The translations under genes were made by a program, and so were the position numbers. Under the pieces are notes generated by a model, which did no database searches, had not been told where the DNA came from, and saw nothing but the letters and a program-made list of their open reading frames with translations. From NCBI GenBank assembly GCA_973895155.1, contig OZ316897.1, positions 6,151,327 to 6,215,326 on the forward strand: a stretch of 64,000 bases of DNA, in the 5' to 3' direction. Below are positions 50,110-61,914 of this stretch, one piece after another. Positions within the stretch are counted from its first letter, which is position 1. The number at the start of each line of letters is the position of its first letter. The DNA is from Marsupella aquatica. Taxonomy: Eukaryota > Plantae > Marchantiophyta.

Positions 50110-50600
50110 CTCAAAGAAACAAATACATCATCTTGGCTACGGATTATGCGACTAAGTGGGTGGAAGCCAGGCCAACAACAAAGGACGATGCAGTCACCAC
50201 GGCTCGGTTTATGTATGAGCAATTCTTTACAAGGTATGGAGCACCCCTAGAGTTAGTAAGTGATAGGGGAACTCATTTCTTGAATGACATAGTCAGCTGT
50301 TTAAATGAGCAATACCTAGTACGTCATCGGCCTACCACCCCTTACCACCCAAAAGCGAATGGGCTAACCGAACAAGCGAATGGCATCATTGGTAAGATCT
50401 TAAACAAAACAGTGGCCCAAAACAAAATTGATTGGGATGATGAATTGTTTGCTGTTGTCTTTGCTTACAATTTAGCCTACAAGTCCACCACCGGCCATAC
50501 ACCCTTCTTTTTAACCTTTGCATAGGAAGCGTTAGTACCCATACAACTTGAGATTCCTACATTTCAGGTTACAATTAAGGAGAGATCGTCAGAGGAAGAA
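50110..50600 (+). pseudogene. Non-chromoviral (Athila/Tat-like) Gypsy integrase core fragment
   Basis: ATDYATKWVEA...RYGAPLELVSDRGTHF...TPYHPKANGLTEQANG...STTGHTPFFL. Confidence 0.85.
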
Positions 50601-50874
50601 AGCTTATGCATTTATCAAATTATTGCAACGTGTATGTTTAGAAGCATTTATTGATAAGTGCAATGGCAACTATATGCAAAGTTTCATGCACTTATCCAGT
50701 TAAATTGCAAACTATAAGGGTTTGGGGTGAGAGGAGTCCCATTTTATGACCTGACAAGATATATGCAAAAGTGCATAAGTGATTTCACATGGGTTATTGG
50801 AAACTGTAGCATGCACATATGGATATGCAATTAGGACATAGTGGATAAGTGGGTTTGGGGTGTCTTCCCGGGAG

Positions 50875-50922
50875 CTTGCACTTAGATGTAAACTTGCACT
50901 TAGATGTAAACTTGCACTTAGA
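50875..50922. repeat. 18-bp tandem repeat x ~2.7
   Basis: cttgcacttagatgtaaa repeated. Confidence 0.85.
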
Positions 50923-51317
50923 CACGCTCGACTGTATAATATTTTCAACAGCGTTACAGAAGGCCGGGCCGGTCCTTGTTGGTGTGGATTTTGAGAGTTT
51001 TTTGTAGGTGAATCCACTCTGCCTCCATCACAGCCTACCATAATCGTAGACGATCGGATGGAGCCCAAAACAGGATTAATGGAGGACAGGAGTCACGATT
51101 GAGAATGAAATGATGGATGAGTAGCCGCAAATTAGATGAGTATCGGATCACTAGGAACAGTCTGGTGCAATATTGTGCAGTACATCCTCTTCGAGAGCTG
51201 GAGGAGAAGGAATAAAATGGCCAGCTAGTGGATTGCCATCTTGAAATTTTGGTTTTGTTCTTCGTCGGTGCCTGCTGGTGAAGCAGGGAGAGATTTGTGG
51301 AGAAGGAATTAGTGGTG

Positions 51318-53765
51318 ATGGACGGTCCGCCCGCATCATCATCAACATCATCATCGCCAACGACGTCTGCCACGACGAGCACGCCTTCGTCACCTGCCGC
51401 TTCTTCGTCTCCGGGAGGAGGAAGCTTGGATTCGCCCTCGGCTTGTGCCAGCGTCGGCACTTCTTCTGGGGTACCTGAGCATACGCCTCCTCGCCGACGC
51501 CTTGTAAAAGCCTCCTCGTGAGTCTCTCTTGTCTTTGGTCTCCGATTGCGAAGAATATACACCCCTTTCCCCTTTGTGTCTTTCAATCGATCTCCCACCC
51601 CCCTTAGTGGCCCTAAAGGGTGGTCCCCTTTGTTTTTGTCCCACTTCGTCCTGGTGCCTTTAGAGATAATGCACCTATTGTCCCGACTCCTAACAAAGCA
51701 CAGAGAATTGGAGTACTCAAAGTACAGCTAAAGGATATTGGGTGGTGAAATACCTCCAAAAAGTCCATATATCAAAACTGCATTCATTCATACATTGTTT
51801 TCCCCTTTGCCGCACTTGGCTTGTGGCTGGGAGACTGGAGTCGATAGAGTCTCAAGTATCAGGTGAGAAAATTTGGCGATGACGTTCACGAGTAGCTTGG
51901 ACTGAAAAGGGGAGTTGTTCTGGCTCTCAAAGATGTGCTCTCGCTGATGGGCAGTGTAAGATGAAGTAGTGGCAGGAGTAGTTGTCTCTCAGCCCAAGTA
52001 AGAATTTTGTTCAGGATGTGGTAAGGGCTCTGGGTGTATGTCACAAAGTTTTGAACGGTTTCTTGGAAGGAGCTCTTTCACCCATCCAACTCTTCGATTC
52101 TCGTGAGAATTTGCATCAGAGATACATTCGTCTTCAGCAGAGGGATGTAGCTTGTCGTTTGGCCTCTACAGCTGCCAGGAAAGCCATAGAAAATGTGCAG
52201 TCGTTAACATGGATGGAAAAGTCTGTGCAAATGCAGAAGGGGTAATGAGAGACAATCCTGCCATCCGAGCTTAGGAAAGCCGTGCACCAGCTTATGTTCA
52301 ACCTTGCTCAGCAGCTCCCGTGCTGATTTGCTCAGTGGATTGCCACATCGCTTTAGCTGTATTCTAGTTAATCATGTGGGGATATTGGTCACTTTTCTTG
52401 CCATCCAAGAAACTGATGTGATCACCTAATAATTCATGATCACTTTGATGACCAATTACTCAGGATCATTGCTAAACGTGAAGCCGGTGCAACTGGAGCT
52501 GCGGTAGGACCCCCGGGATTTGGCTTGGATCGATCTTCTGGTACTTCGCCTGCAACCTCGAGTGGAACAGGCTCGGGTCCAGCTGGTACTCCTTTAGGGG
52601 TGCAGTCTTCGACTTCTACCAGCACGAGTACTTTCAGGGAAAGGGCTGGGATTCGACCCCTTGTCAAGAGTACTCATCTCTTCATTATACGATACTCGAG
52701 GCATTCCGCGTTTTTTAGCAGTCAAGCTATAGGAGCTGCTCGAATTGAACTCTCTTGAAAGAACTCACGAATTAATGGCTTCATGGTCTTCCCAGGTGAT
52801 GTGCAAGGAGAGTTTCCCATGCTGCCTACGCATGGATTAGGAGGATCTTCTGTGTCAGCGAAACTGGGAAGGTCAGATTCAAGACGAAGCCAATGTGTTT
52901 TTGGCTCAGAATTTGCTATAATATACTACTATCTTCTTTAGGAAATCTGTCATAGTTCTCTTTCGGGTGGAGGAGTGGCTTGTGGTTTCCATCGGTGAAA
53001 CATTGCAAATGAGCGTCACCTGTAGCTAGTATGCCGTACTAGTTCCTCAGTAGACAGCAAGATCCTAATCTGTGAATACCGTGTTCTACCTTCGTGCAGA
53101 AATATGGTCTCCTCCATCTAATATGGGCATGCATCTCTGTCTTGAATTCCTCGCATATCCTGCAAGAATTCTGAATTTGTTTCTTTTGTGAAGTCTCTGC
53201 CTGTTCAGATTGAAGGAAGGTAATAGTTGCTCTTTGATGTTGTTAACAACAGTTGGCTCACATGCTGTGCAGGCCACCGTTTGTCCCAAACGCTGGCATG
53301 ATGGGAGACATTCGACCACTTGGGCGACGGTCTGAGGTAAGTGTCTTACTGCAGGTGCCCAACTGCAGGATCCCCAACTATCTGCTGAGGGATAGGTTGT
53401 AATCTCAGGGGAAAGAGGAGTCGAATGAAGTCGGTAGACTGTGTTCCTTCAATGATTAAATTCAATACGTCACCCTAGCGTACTGAAGCACTGATATTTG
53501 TTCATCACAGTTAGCTTCTCAAAGGAGACATGAAGCACCAGCTGTGCAGAAACATGCACCAGAAGATATTCGAATTCAACAGAACAAGCGAGCTTGCCTG
53601 ACACGAGCACAAAATATGGGTGCCACTGGAAACTACAAGAATTTTGACTCACCCTTCGGAAACTATATGGTGCCTGTCATACCCAATCATTTGTTCAACA
53701 AGACTCCAGCCTCCTCACCTACACTAACGCCAACATCTAACTCGAGTCCGGTAGTGGGTAGATAG
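51318..53765 (+). CDS. Multi-exon host gene of unknown function (Ser/Gly-rich, C-terminal FDSPFGNYMVPVIP motif)
   Basis: Phase-consistent GT-AG exons: MDGPPASSS...KASS | PSKNFVQDVV...QMQKG | IIAKREAG...LVKS | DVQGEFPML...; last exon ...NYKNFDSPFGNYMVPVIPNHLF...VGR*. Middle exons are uncertain. Confidence 0.62.
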
Positions 53766-53965
53766 TCGACAGCATTGGGACGAGATCAGTACTTCTAGAA
53801 TATATTAGTGTAATCAGTCCACAAAGGATGTAGAACACAGGTAGGATTTCCAAATCAGTGTTTGATACTCGACAGCATTGGGACGAGATCAGCACTTCTA
53901 TTACAGGTCAGTGTAATCAGTCCGCAAAGGACGTAAAACATAGGTAGTATTCTAAATCAGTGTCT
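53766..53965. repeat. ~103-bp tandem duplication immediately after the stop codon
   Basis: tcgacagcattgggacgagatcag...gtgtaatcagtcc...aaatcagtgt at 53766 and 53869. Confidence 0.85.
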
Positions 53966-54228
53966 GCACACGGGATGGTTTTGGTTGTTTCTGCACCAAC
54001 TTTTCTAGGTTTTCCGATCTGTTAGATCCGTTAGAAACATGTGGATGATGCACGGTCTTTATTGCAGCCATCGCCACCTCCAAGAATCTCGGGAATATCA
54101 GGAGATTATGTTCTTGATTATTTCAGTGTGCTAATTTTGTAGGGTGAGTGGGTTAAGGACCTGTGGATTTGTATGCGTTTAGGCAAGTGTGCAAATTGGC
54201 AACAGATTAAAATAGACTCGGCCCTTGA

Positions 54229-54513
54229 ATATCTTGCATATAGATGCTACTACTTATATATTTTTTTATCTGTTAGATTTTAGCCTCTAGATATGGACAA
54301 AACCCTAACTATAGAAAAGGACAAAAATAAAGTGAATACCAAAACATATCTTACTTATAGATGCTACTTATATACTTTTTATATACTTTTTTATCTGTTA
54401 GATTTTAGCCTCTAGATAAGGACAAAACCCTAACTATAGGAAAGGACAAAACTAAAATGAATAAGCAAAACCCTAACTCTAGACAAGGACAAACATAAAG
54501 TGAATACCAAAAC
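54229..54513. repeat. AT-rich ~120-bp tandem duplication with three AAACCCTAA telo-boxes
   Basis: tttatctgttagattttagcctctagata..ggacaaaaccctaactatag occurs twice, plus a third aaaccctaac. Confidence 0.8.
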
Positions 54514-55404
54514 AATGATGGGGGCAAAGGTGAAGAACAACATCAATTCATTTGTAGGTTTTTCTTTCCAATCTCTATTAGCATTCTGAACGGGCATTCG
54601 TTTGCAAGTATTTTTTACTTATTCTTTTTAATAACATTCATGGAATTCAGGCTCGTTGTACTTATGCAGATAGGCCGCTAGATGCTGCTTACCCTTTTCT
54701 CCACTCGAATAATTTACCTGTTCAATCTAATTTTTAGCACTAGCTTATCACCTTGCACAGCAAAGGGTTTAGGGTTTAGGCCGTCGCAGGCAGAGCACAA
54801 TATCACACGGGGGAGTCATTCGTTATGAATTTGGGAGGAATAAATTCAATTCAAGAGTAATTTCCCGATCAAGAGTAAATATGAACATATTGTGTCTCCT
54901 GACTAGATCCTGAAAACATAAGACACGAGTTTCCTTTCTTTCTAAACCTGGACTATAAAACTTAAATTCCTCCCGTGCTGAACAAAAACAACCAATTTAA
55001 TCTCCAATGACCCTAAAAATAGATCCAAACCAACAGTTCAATCTCTGGTTCTAAACCTTTCAGGACACCGCCTGGTCAGTGCAGACATGTTCATTTTGCA
55101 AATAGGCCAAGACTCTGAGCCCAGTAGAAGCATAAAACCTCCCAGATTCCACCTGTATCTGGAGCACTTAGATAGAGAGACACTTCAAGCATTGTGCACT
55201 AGTCCAGATATAATTCCTTCGCCAAGGCTGTTTAGCTATCGTCATTTTTCACAAAAATAACAGTATATTGTATCGGCACATTATTGCTTTTGAGGCCAAA
55301 CCCCAATCAAACACAGTGAAAGTTGAGAAGCACCCATGACATAGGGGAATTGAAGGTAAATATATAACCAACAAGCAGTCCACTACTGTTCGAACAGCAA
55401 TCAC

Positions 55405-57890
55405 TCATTTCCGAGCCTCTTTGGCCTTCGCCTCCTTGGCTGCAAGAACGAAACCAGAATTCTCCAGTCAGTTGGCAAACCAATGTCACGGACAAAATAT
55501 ATATCTATCCTGCAAAATCAGAGTTACGAGGTCCAGGCTACCAATTGCATTCTAACACCTGCAGATGGAAAAGGATTTCAAAATTTTCAATTTAGTAATC
55601 CAGATCTGGATGAACCACAAAGAAACTAACCGGCTTTCTCCTCCTCGCGCTTCTTGGCGGCTTCTAGTCGTTGCTGTCTGATGAGAGCTAATCGTTCTGG
55701 GAAGCAAACAAACATAGATTCGCAACCAACATATGCATTTAACAACCCTCATGCCCCAATGCCTGTAAGCGCAAGAACATGGGTACGTATCCCAACGATG
55801 GGAACCTCTTAAGAAAAAACCTTTTTCGTAACAGTAATCACAACACAAGAAGTCTGATTTCGAGCACACCCACCTAAATCCTTCTTTGACTGCTCCGTTT
55901 TGCCCTGCTCCTGCAACTTCAAATATCGTTCATGTGCTCTCTGCTTTTCTAGCTCTTCCCTAGTCAAAGAGAACACAGAGTTAACGGATTAATGTCAGCC
56001 GTGGAGCCCTAAGCTCAAATAAAGTTCGCTTGCTCTGAGCTTTTCTGACTTGTCTAATCCGCTGAAACAAACGGTGACGAACTCATAGTACTAGAGGGCG
56101 CGGTCTGCCCGACCAAAAGACCGGTCGTTGTTACAAAACGGTAGGACCTGATTTGGACCGACATTCCTTGCCCGCTGCGAGTAATCCCATAATCTAATTT
56201 TAGTAAATCCACACATGTCAAGTGCACACCCAAGGAACCCAGATGTCATACCGAAGAGCTTCTGGTAAAAGAAGACGCACCTTTCTCGCCTCGAAAGCTC
56301 TGCTGGTCTATCTAGCTGACACACCATGACAATACATGCCGTTAGAAAAGATATCAAACGGAGAGTTACATGCATCCACGAAAGCCAAAATGCGAGGGCG
56401 TTCCAATTCCTGGTAAATTGAACTCATAAATTGAAGTCATAATCCTACAAGTGTTGTAACTCTCCTTTCCCTATCCACATCGACGACGGAGTCTCGCAGT
56501 GAGAAGATTACACATAACAGACCGCAACCGTTGCCAGTAAGGCCTTCAGGAAAAGCTTAGTCTTAATTTTGAAAGAAAGACTTCGAGCTCCGTGCCATTG
56601 TTAACAGCCAGTGGTTGTTCATAAGAGAAATTTAGATGAGACACTTGCTGAAAAGAACACACAATATCCTTACATCAACATCCTTGGCCTTGATATTTTT
56701 CGCCTTCACAAGATTTGGGTTCTCGATTTCTATTACGCCTTGGGCCCCTTTCTTTTTCTGCACACGAGAGAACGCAGTGAGAAAAGGCCTACAAAGCCAA
56801 AAAGTCTGGCAAGCTGAGAAAAGACCATATGAGCTCTGGAAGTAGAAGGACTTCGAAGTAGTACAGGCAATCATCACTCCTGCATTCTCATAGTCCAGAC
56901 ACAATCACGCGTGATTCACGCCATATTTCGTACCACATTCTCGTCGACCTCCTCCTCCTCCTCGGATTCCTCCTCGGATTCCTCTTCCTCTGCGTCCTGT
57001 ATATTCAAAGAAGATGTGAGAAAAGTTTCTCTCGACTTTTGTCAAAGTAAGACCACTGCTTTAGGGTTAGACCCCATGTTACACATTCGTTCTCAAACTT
57101 GCATCTCATCTAAACCGTTTAAAACCTCCAATTCAACTACAATTCCCAGAAAACGTTGTGGCAACGTACCCTCTTAAAGCTCTTCGGCTTCCCGGATGAC
57201 TCTCCAGCAGCTGCAAGACCACAGTAAATTTAGAACATACTTTGTGATGGAGATTGACTCGTGTGGAGCAATCTGCAACCTAGGAATTACTTAGCTAACC
57301 CATCTCATGTTCTCCAAACAGCGCGCAGTACTGACAAATTGTTTGTTCTCTTAACTGATAAAGATCATCTGTGGGCCGCGGGTCTCCATCGATTGCAGGT
57401 TGACAGTTTCAAGACTGATACACCAATGTTCAGTACTGGATGGAAGCTGCCCAGCTTAATATTATCTTTCTTCTGATTGAAGAAGATTTAATGTCTTCTT
57501 GAATTTAAAGAAAAACCCAGCGACACAGTGAACAGTCTAGAGAACTTAAGATGAAGAAGCTAAAAGTCCTGAGTTTTAAATCACATTATTTCAACCCAAA
57601 GCCCAAAATGTAAGAAAAACTACGAGGCCTTCCATAATAAATATTGACCAAAAGCTGTTCCGATTCACACACCGAGGTGTAGGAGATGATGGGACAGAGG
57701 AGAAAAAAAATTGCCAGCTGGAAATGGAGGACAAGAAGATGAGCTCTGCTTTCGTATATCTCCACAAATTAGCCCATTCGCAACACTGGACGAGCTGTAA
57801 GAATGTTGTACCCATTTCTTCAATAGTCGAGAAGTGGCGACGGCCAGTGGGCTTCCCCTTGAACTTCCCTCTTCCCGCACCCTTCCCCAT
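55405..57890 (-). CDS. PDAP1: 28 kDa heat- and acid-stable phosphoprotein (PDAP1/HASPP28 family), 8 coding exons
   Basis: Spliced: MGKGAGRGKFKGKPTGRRHFSTIEEM|AAGESSGKPKSFKR|DAEEEESEEESEEEEEVDENV|KKKGAQGVIEIENPNLVKAKNIKAKDVD|LDRPAELSRRER|EELEKQRAHERYLKLQEQGKTEQSKKDL|ERLALIRQQRLEAAKKREEEKA|AKEAKAKEARK*. All introns GT-AG. Confidence 0.93.
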
Positions 57891-60181
57891 CTTGCCCGCC
57901 TACTTTCCCCCCTCAGAATCACTTTTTCAGGCAGCAGGCCTACCAATTGAGCAGAAGAACCGAACCTCCTTGCTGAGTTACTTGTGATTCTGCACAATAG
58001 ACGAGGCTAAGAATTGAGATCCCAAAGACATGGTATAGGGCAAGGGGAATGTAAATCAACCACCACAAGCAGCTGACGAGTAAACACAAAAATCAAAGAC
58101 GGTCATAGGCACAGATCAACGGCGCCGCTTTCACATCTGCCACCCCACCTCCTTAGAACCCCAAGCTTTCCAAAACGTTCAACAAAACGGAAGAACTTGC
58201 AAACAAACCCTATCAGTCAACGAGCGAGACAAAAAACTCTTTCTGTGCTGAAGCCAGCCGAGTAAGGACTGACCTGATGCCTGCTTTTCTCATCTTCATT
58301 CATTCGAAAAGCAAAAGGCTCTACGTCAAGTGTCCGACCACGATATTATAACTTCCATTTCCAGACATAACTCAACGCTACGCAAAGCAAGAAGATACCA
58401 AAACCAAGTTATAGTCCATAGCGGTTCTGTGGTCGGTGTTCCTTACAAGCAGGATGAGTGAGAGCTTGCTTGCTCCTTTCGCTTGCAGCTTTGGCGGCGC
58501 CGCGAAGGATGACCCCGTAATAAACAGTAAAGGGAACGAACGGAAAGCAGAAAAAGAGTAGAGGAGAGGAGAGGAGAGAAGTGGAACCTCGACCGTGCCG
58601 ATTGCTGGGGAGATTGATTCCTGCCAGTTTGCAAGCCTTCCTTCCTTCCCGGGAAGAGCGTTCGTATGAGCCCAAGATGTGATACTGGGAGTTCGGTTGG
58701 AAATGGAGCACGGTCTCAGTCGGAGAGGGAAATCTCAATACGAAAAATTTGTGCTACCTCTCTACTCTGCTCCGAGTACTTTCCCTTGCGTGATATCGTT
58801 TCTGTGATCGCAGTGTACAACATTGCTGCAGTGTCCTTCCCGACGGTAGATGCCTCCCGATCAGCCCCACCCTCCCCTGCCTTCTTCGCCAATTGGTTTC
58901 ATGGAGCGGTTCACGATGGGTGTTTCAGCCGCACTCCCATCCCAAGAAGTTATAAGCCAATGAAATAGTGCTTTGCACCATGCCAGCCGCGTTGAAGAGA
59001 AGTTGAGTTGTATTCCAAAGGGCTACTTTAGGGAACCAAGTATACGGTCATGAGTGTTTGGGCTGGGTTACTAGTACTAGTTTGTAACCATGTGACCAGA
59101 AAATGGGAAAATACTAATTGGCGGGAAGTTTTTTTGAACTTGTGAGAAAAGGTTTCGGACTAGAACCCCAGTCCAAACAGTCATTATCATAAGTAATATT
59201 TACCCAAAAAAAAGATTAGCAGTTAAGACTTTCAGGGCACAAAGTTATGGAAATGGTAGCATCTACTAGAAAAGGTTACACACCGGTAACCTTTCTTCTT
59301 GACAGGAATTACATACTCTCATTCACTCTCAAACCCCCACTCGATTGTGAGTCATGATTATGCTCCCGAGGTAATATCTTACTCTCATGGCTACTTTAGC
59401 CGTCAAATTTGCCTAGAAGGGTTTTGGCAAAGTTTTGGAAAAACAAGTACCTGAATTGGAATGGCTGGGTGGGGATAGTGGGCAAGGGTATGCCTATGAG
59501 CTCTCCCAAGTACAGTAGTTCCCAACAGAAAAGGTACCAAACATAGTCCACAGTTTTCGGGGAATGGCCCAAACAACAAACTGGGGGTAGGGGCGTGGAG
59601 CAATTGAGTCTATGGTGATCAAACTTGAGATAGTGCTAGCAGAGACAACAAAATGTCTATGGCAATGAGACTTGAGATAGTGCTAGCATAGACAACAAAA
59701 TGTCAGTGGTGGCACACTACTTTGTTATCCTCTAAGTAGGATGTTGAGTGCAGGGGTAGCTTGAAACTCTACTACAACCTATGGTTAGAATACCTGTGAT
59801 TGCTGAGTAACTCTAGACTCAAGAGTAAGAAGTTTTATGGGGAAAAGGGTATATGTGACCTATCAGGCTGGTTTCTGCGCTGACCAATGTTTAGTATTGC
59901 TCTTAGTCTTGTGACTCTAGAGCTAACCACAGTTAGGCTAACTCTGGTTAGGACTTAGCTAAGGTTAGCAGTGATGCATGCTGTATATGACCAGGGCTGA
60001 TGTCAGCCCCTGGTGGATCTTCAATTCATTGTTGGAGTGGAGCAAGAGAGAAGTAAAGGTCTCTTGCTTTCCCATGGATGTAGCCTTAGTCAAGAGGTGA
60101 ACCATGTACTCTCTGTGTCGACTACTTTGTATGGTATTTACATGTGCATGGTGTCCCAGGATAAGGAATTTACCCAACAAG

Positions 60182-60193
60182 TGGTATCAGAGC
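60182..60193 (+). other. Copia primer-binding site (tRNA-iMet)
   Basis: tggtatcagagc, 2 nt after ...ccaaca. Confidence 0.9.
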
Positions 60194-61914
60194 AGGTCTG
60201 GGAGGTGACACTATGGTGACAAGAATTTCTTGTGTAGGTGACGGTTTGAAGATCCCGGGAGTTTTTGTTGCATGAAACTTGTTGGTGGTGGGCTCATCGG
60301 ATAGATCGTTGAGAGGGCTTTCTAACAGCAATTAGAAATCATCAATCAGATTTCTAAGTAACGAGTAATCGCAAAAAACGTTTGCCTATGAAGTTTTATG
60401 TTCGACTGTATTTTTGTGGGAGAGACCAGAGTTTGCTCTTGCAACGGTGTATGCTATGCGGTGCATGAGGCGTCGCATGTTATAGCTCAAGTTGAAGATT
60501 AAGGTGAGCTGGTTGTTTTGGTAGTTGAGTTGATGCCGAGTGGTTATCGAGTGAGTCGTGACGATCGAAAGAGGAGTTCAGGTTTTTTCACAGGCTATGG
60601 AGCTTGTTCCCATCTGAATCGGGCTTCTTCTCGTCACGTCCAACTTGGAGGAAGAATCGCAAAGTGATAGGGCACAATAGAGTGATTGCGGTGAGGTGGT
60701 TGTTTTAAATCCGCAATTGGCACTTGACGCAGAGAGAGTGTGATGCTGCAAAAGTTTTTTTCTCTACTGGAACTCCAAACTATGTCGGTGAAATTCGGCA
60801 ACATTTCCTGCCGGTGGTCATCATTTCTCTCAAGCAAAATGGCGGCGACATTGTAAGTAATAGCCGTTTAATTTTTGTGGCCATAAATTAGGTTTTATAG
60901 GGGTTTTTTGGTTTTATAGAGGTTTCCTGGCCCCATACTTGCCCGATCCCCACCTTGCCCCGAATACCCTCCTCGTACCCACGGTTGGCTGAGCACGCAG
61001 CGCCGGCCGATGCGTTCCTTCCCGCCTCGCACCACCCCGCCCGCGTGCCTCCCTTCCCCCGGCAACCCTGCCAACCACGGGTTGTGGCCCGCCAAACCCC
61101 CGCCCTTGCATTTTTGGCTTGCTCCTGCTGCTCCACCGGCCCTTGACTGTCCCCGGCTACATACACAGTCGTGTTACACTCGACGCGGGTACGAGCATAC
61201 TCACCCGGCCCCAACCTTGTATGTGCCCCGGCCTTATACTTGACATTTTTTGTTTTTTCCCCAACTGCTTTTTTATTGGTCATCCCGGGCCCGGTGACCC
61301 TCTGTTTTAACCGCTCCAACAAGGGGAACGGCCCCCTATGAGCCTTGTTGTACTATGCAGAGAATATTCCAAAAAATAGATAGCATGTTTTTGGCCATTA
61401 TTCAAAGATTCTGAGGTCCAAACAATAACTTTTTTGGATTTTTATGGCAAGGATGTAGCCACTCCAGTTTACAATGCAACGCAACAATAAAATTGCAATT
61501 CCGACAACGTGTTATACTTAGCATTTTGGTTATTCCCTGAGGTGGTCAAAATGGGGGAGTTTCTCAAGGGTTTACCCACTCCGACCAAAATTTGAATAAC
61601 TTTTTCGTTGGATTTGGTTTTGATTTTGGTTTTTAGTGTTAGTCTCCTAGCTTTATGGGCTACGCGACGGTGTTTAGTTTGAGATTTTTGAGAAGTTGCA
61701 AAAAACAATATTTTTTTGTGATTTTCTCACATGAGTGATTCGGAGGAGATTTTCTAAGACGTGGAGCTTGAAGCACAAGGATCACAACGGCGGTTTGAGG
61801 TGGCGAGAGAGGAAGAATAGGAAGCGCACGTGACACCGGTATGATCACCGGTGCAACGTGTGGAGAAAGTTGTCATACTACTAGAGCTAACAATAGTCGT
61901 GAAGGAAAAACAAT

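Noticed and set aside
53766-53965. Tandem snoRNA or other ncRNA genes
   Set aside because: No convincing paired C/D or H/ACA boxes; a simple 3' UTR duplication suffices.
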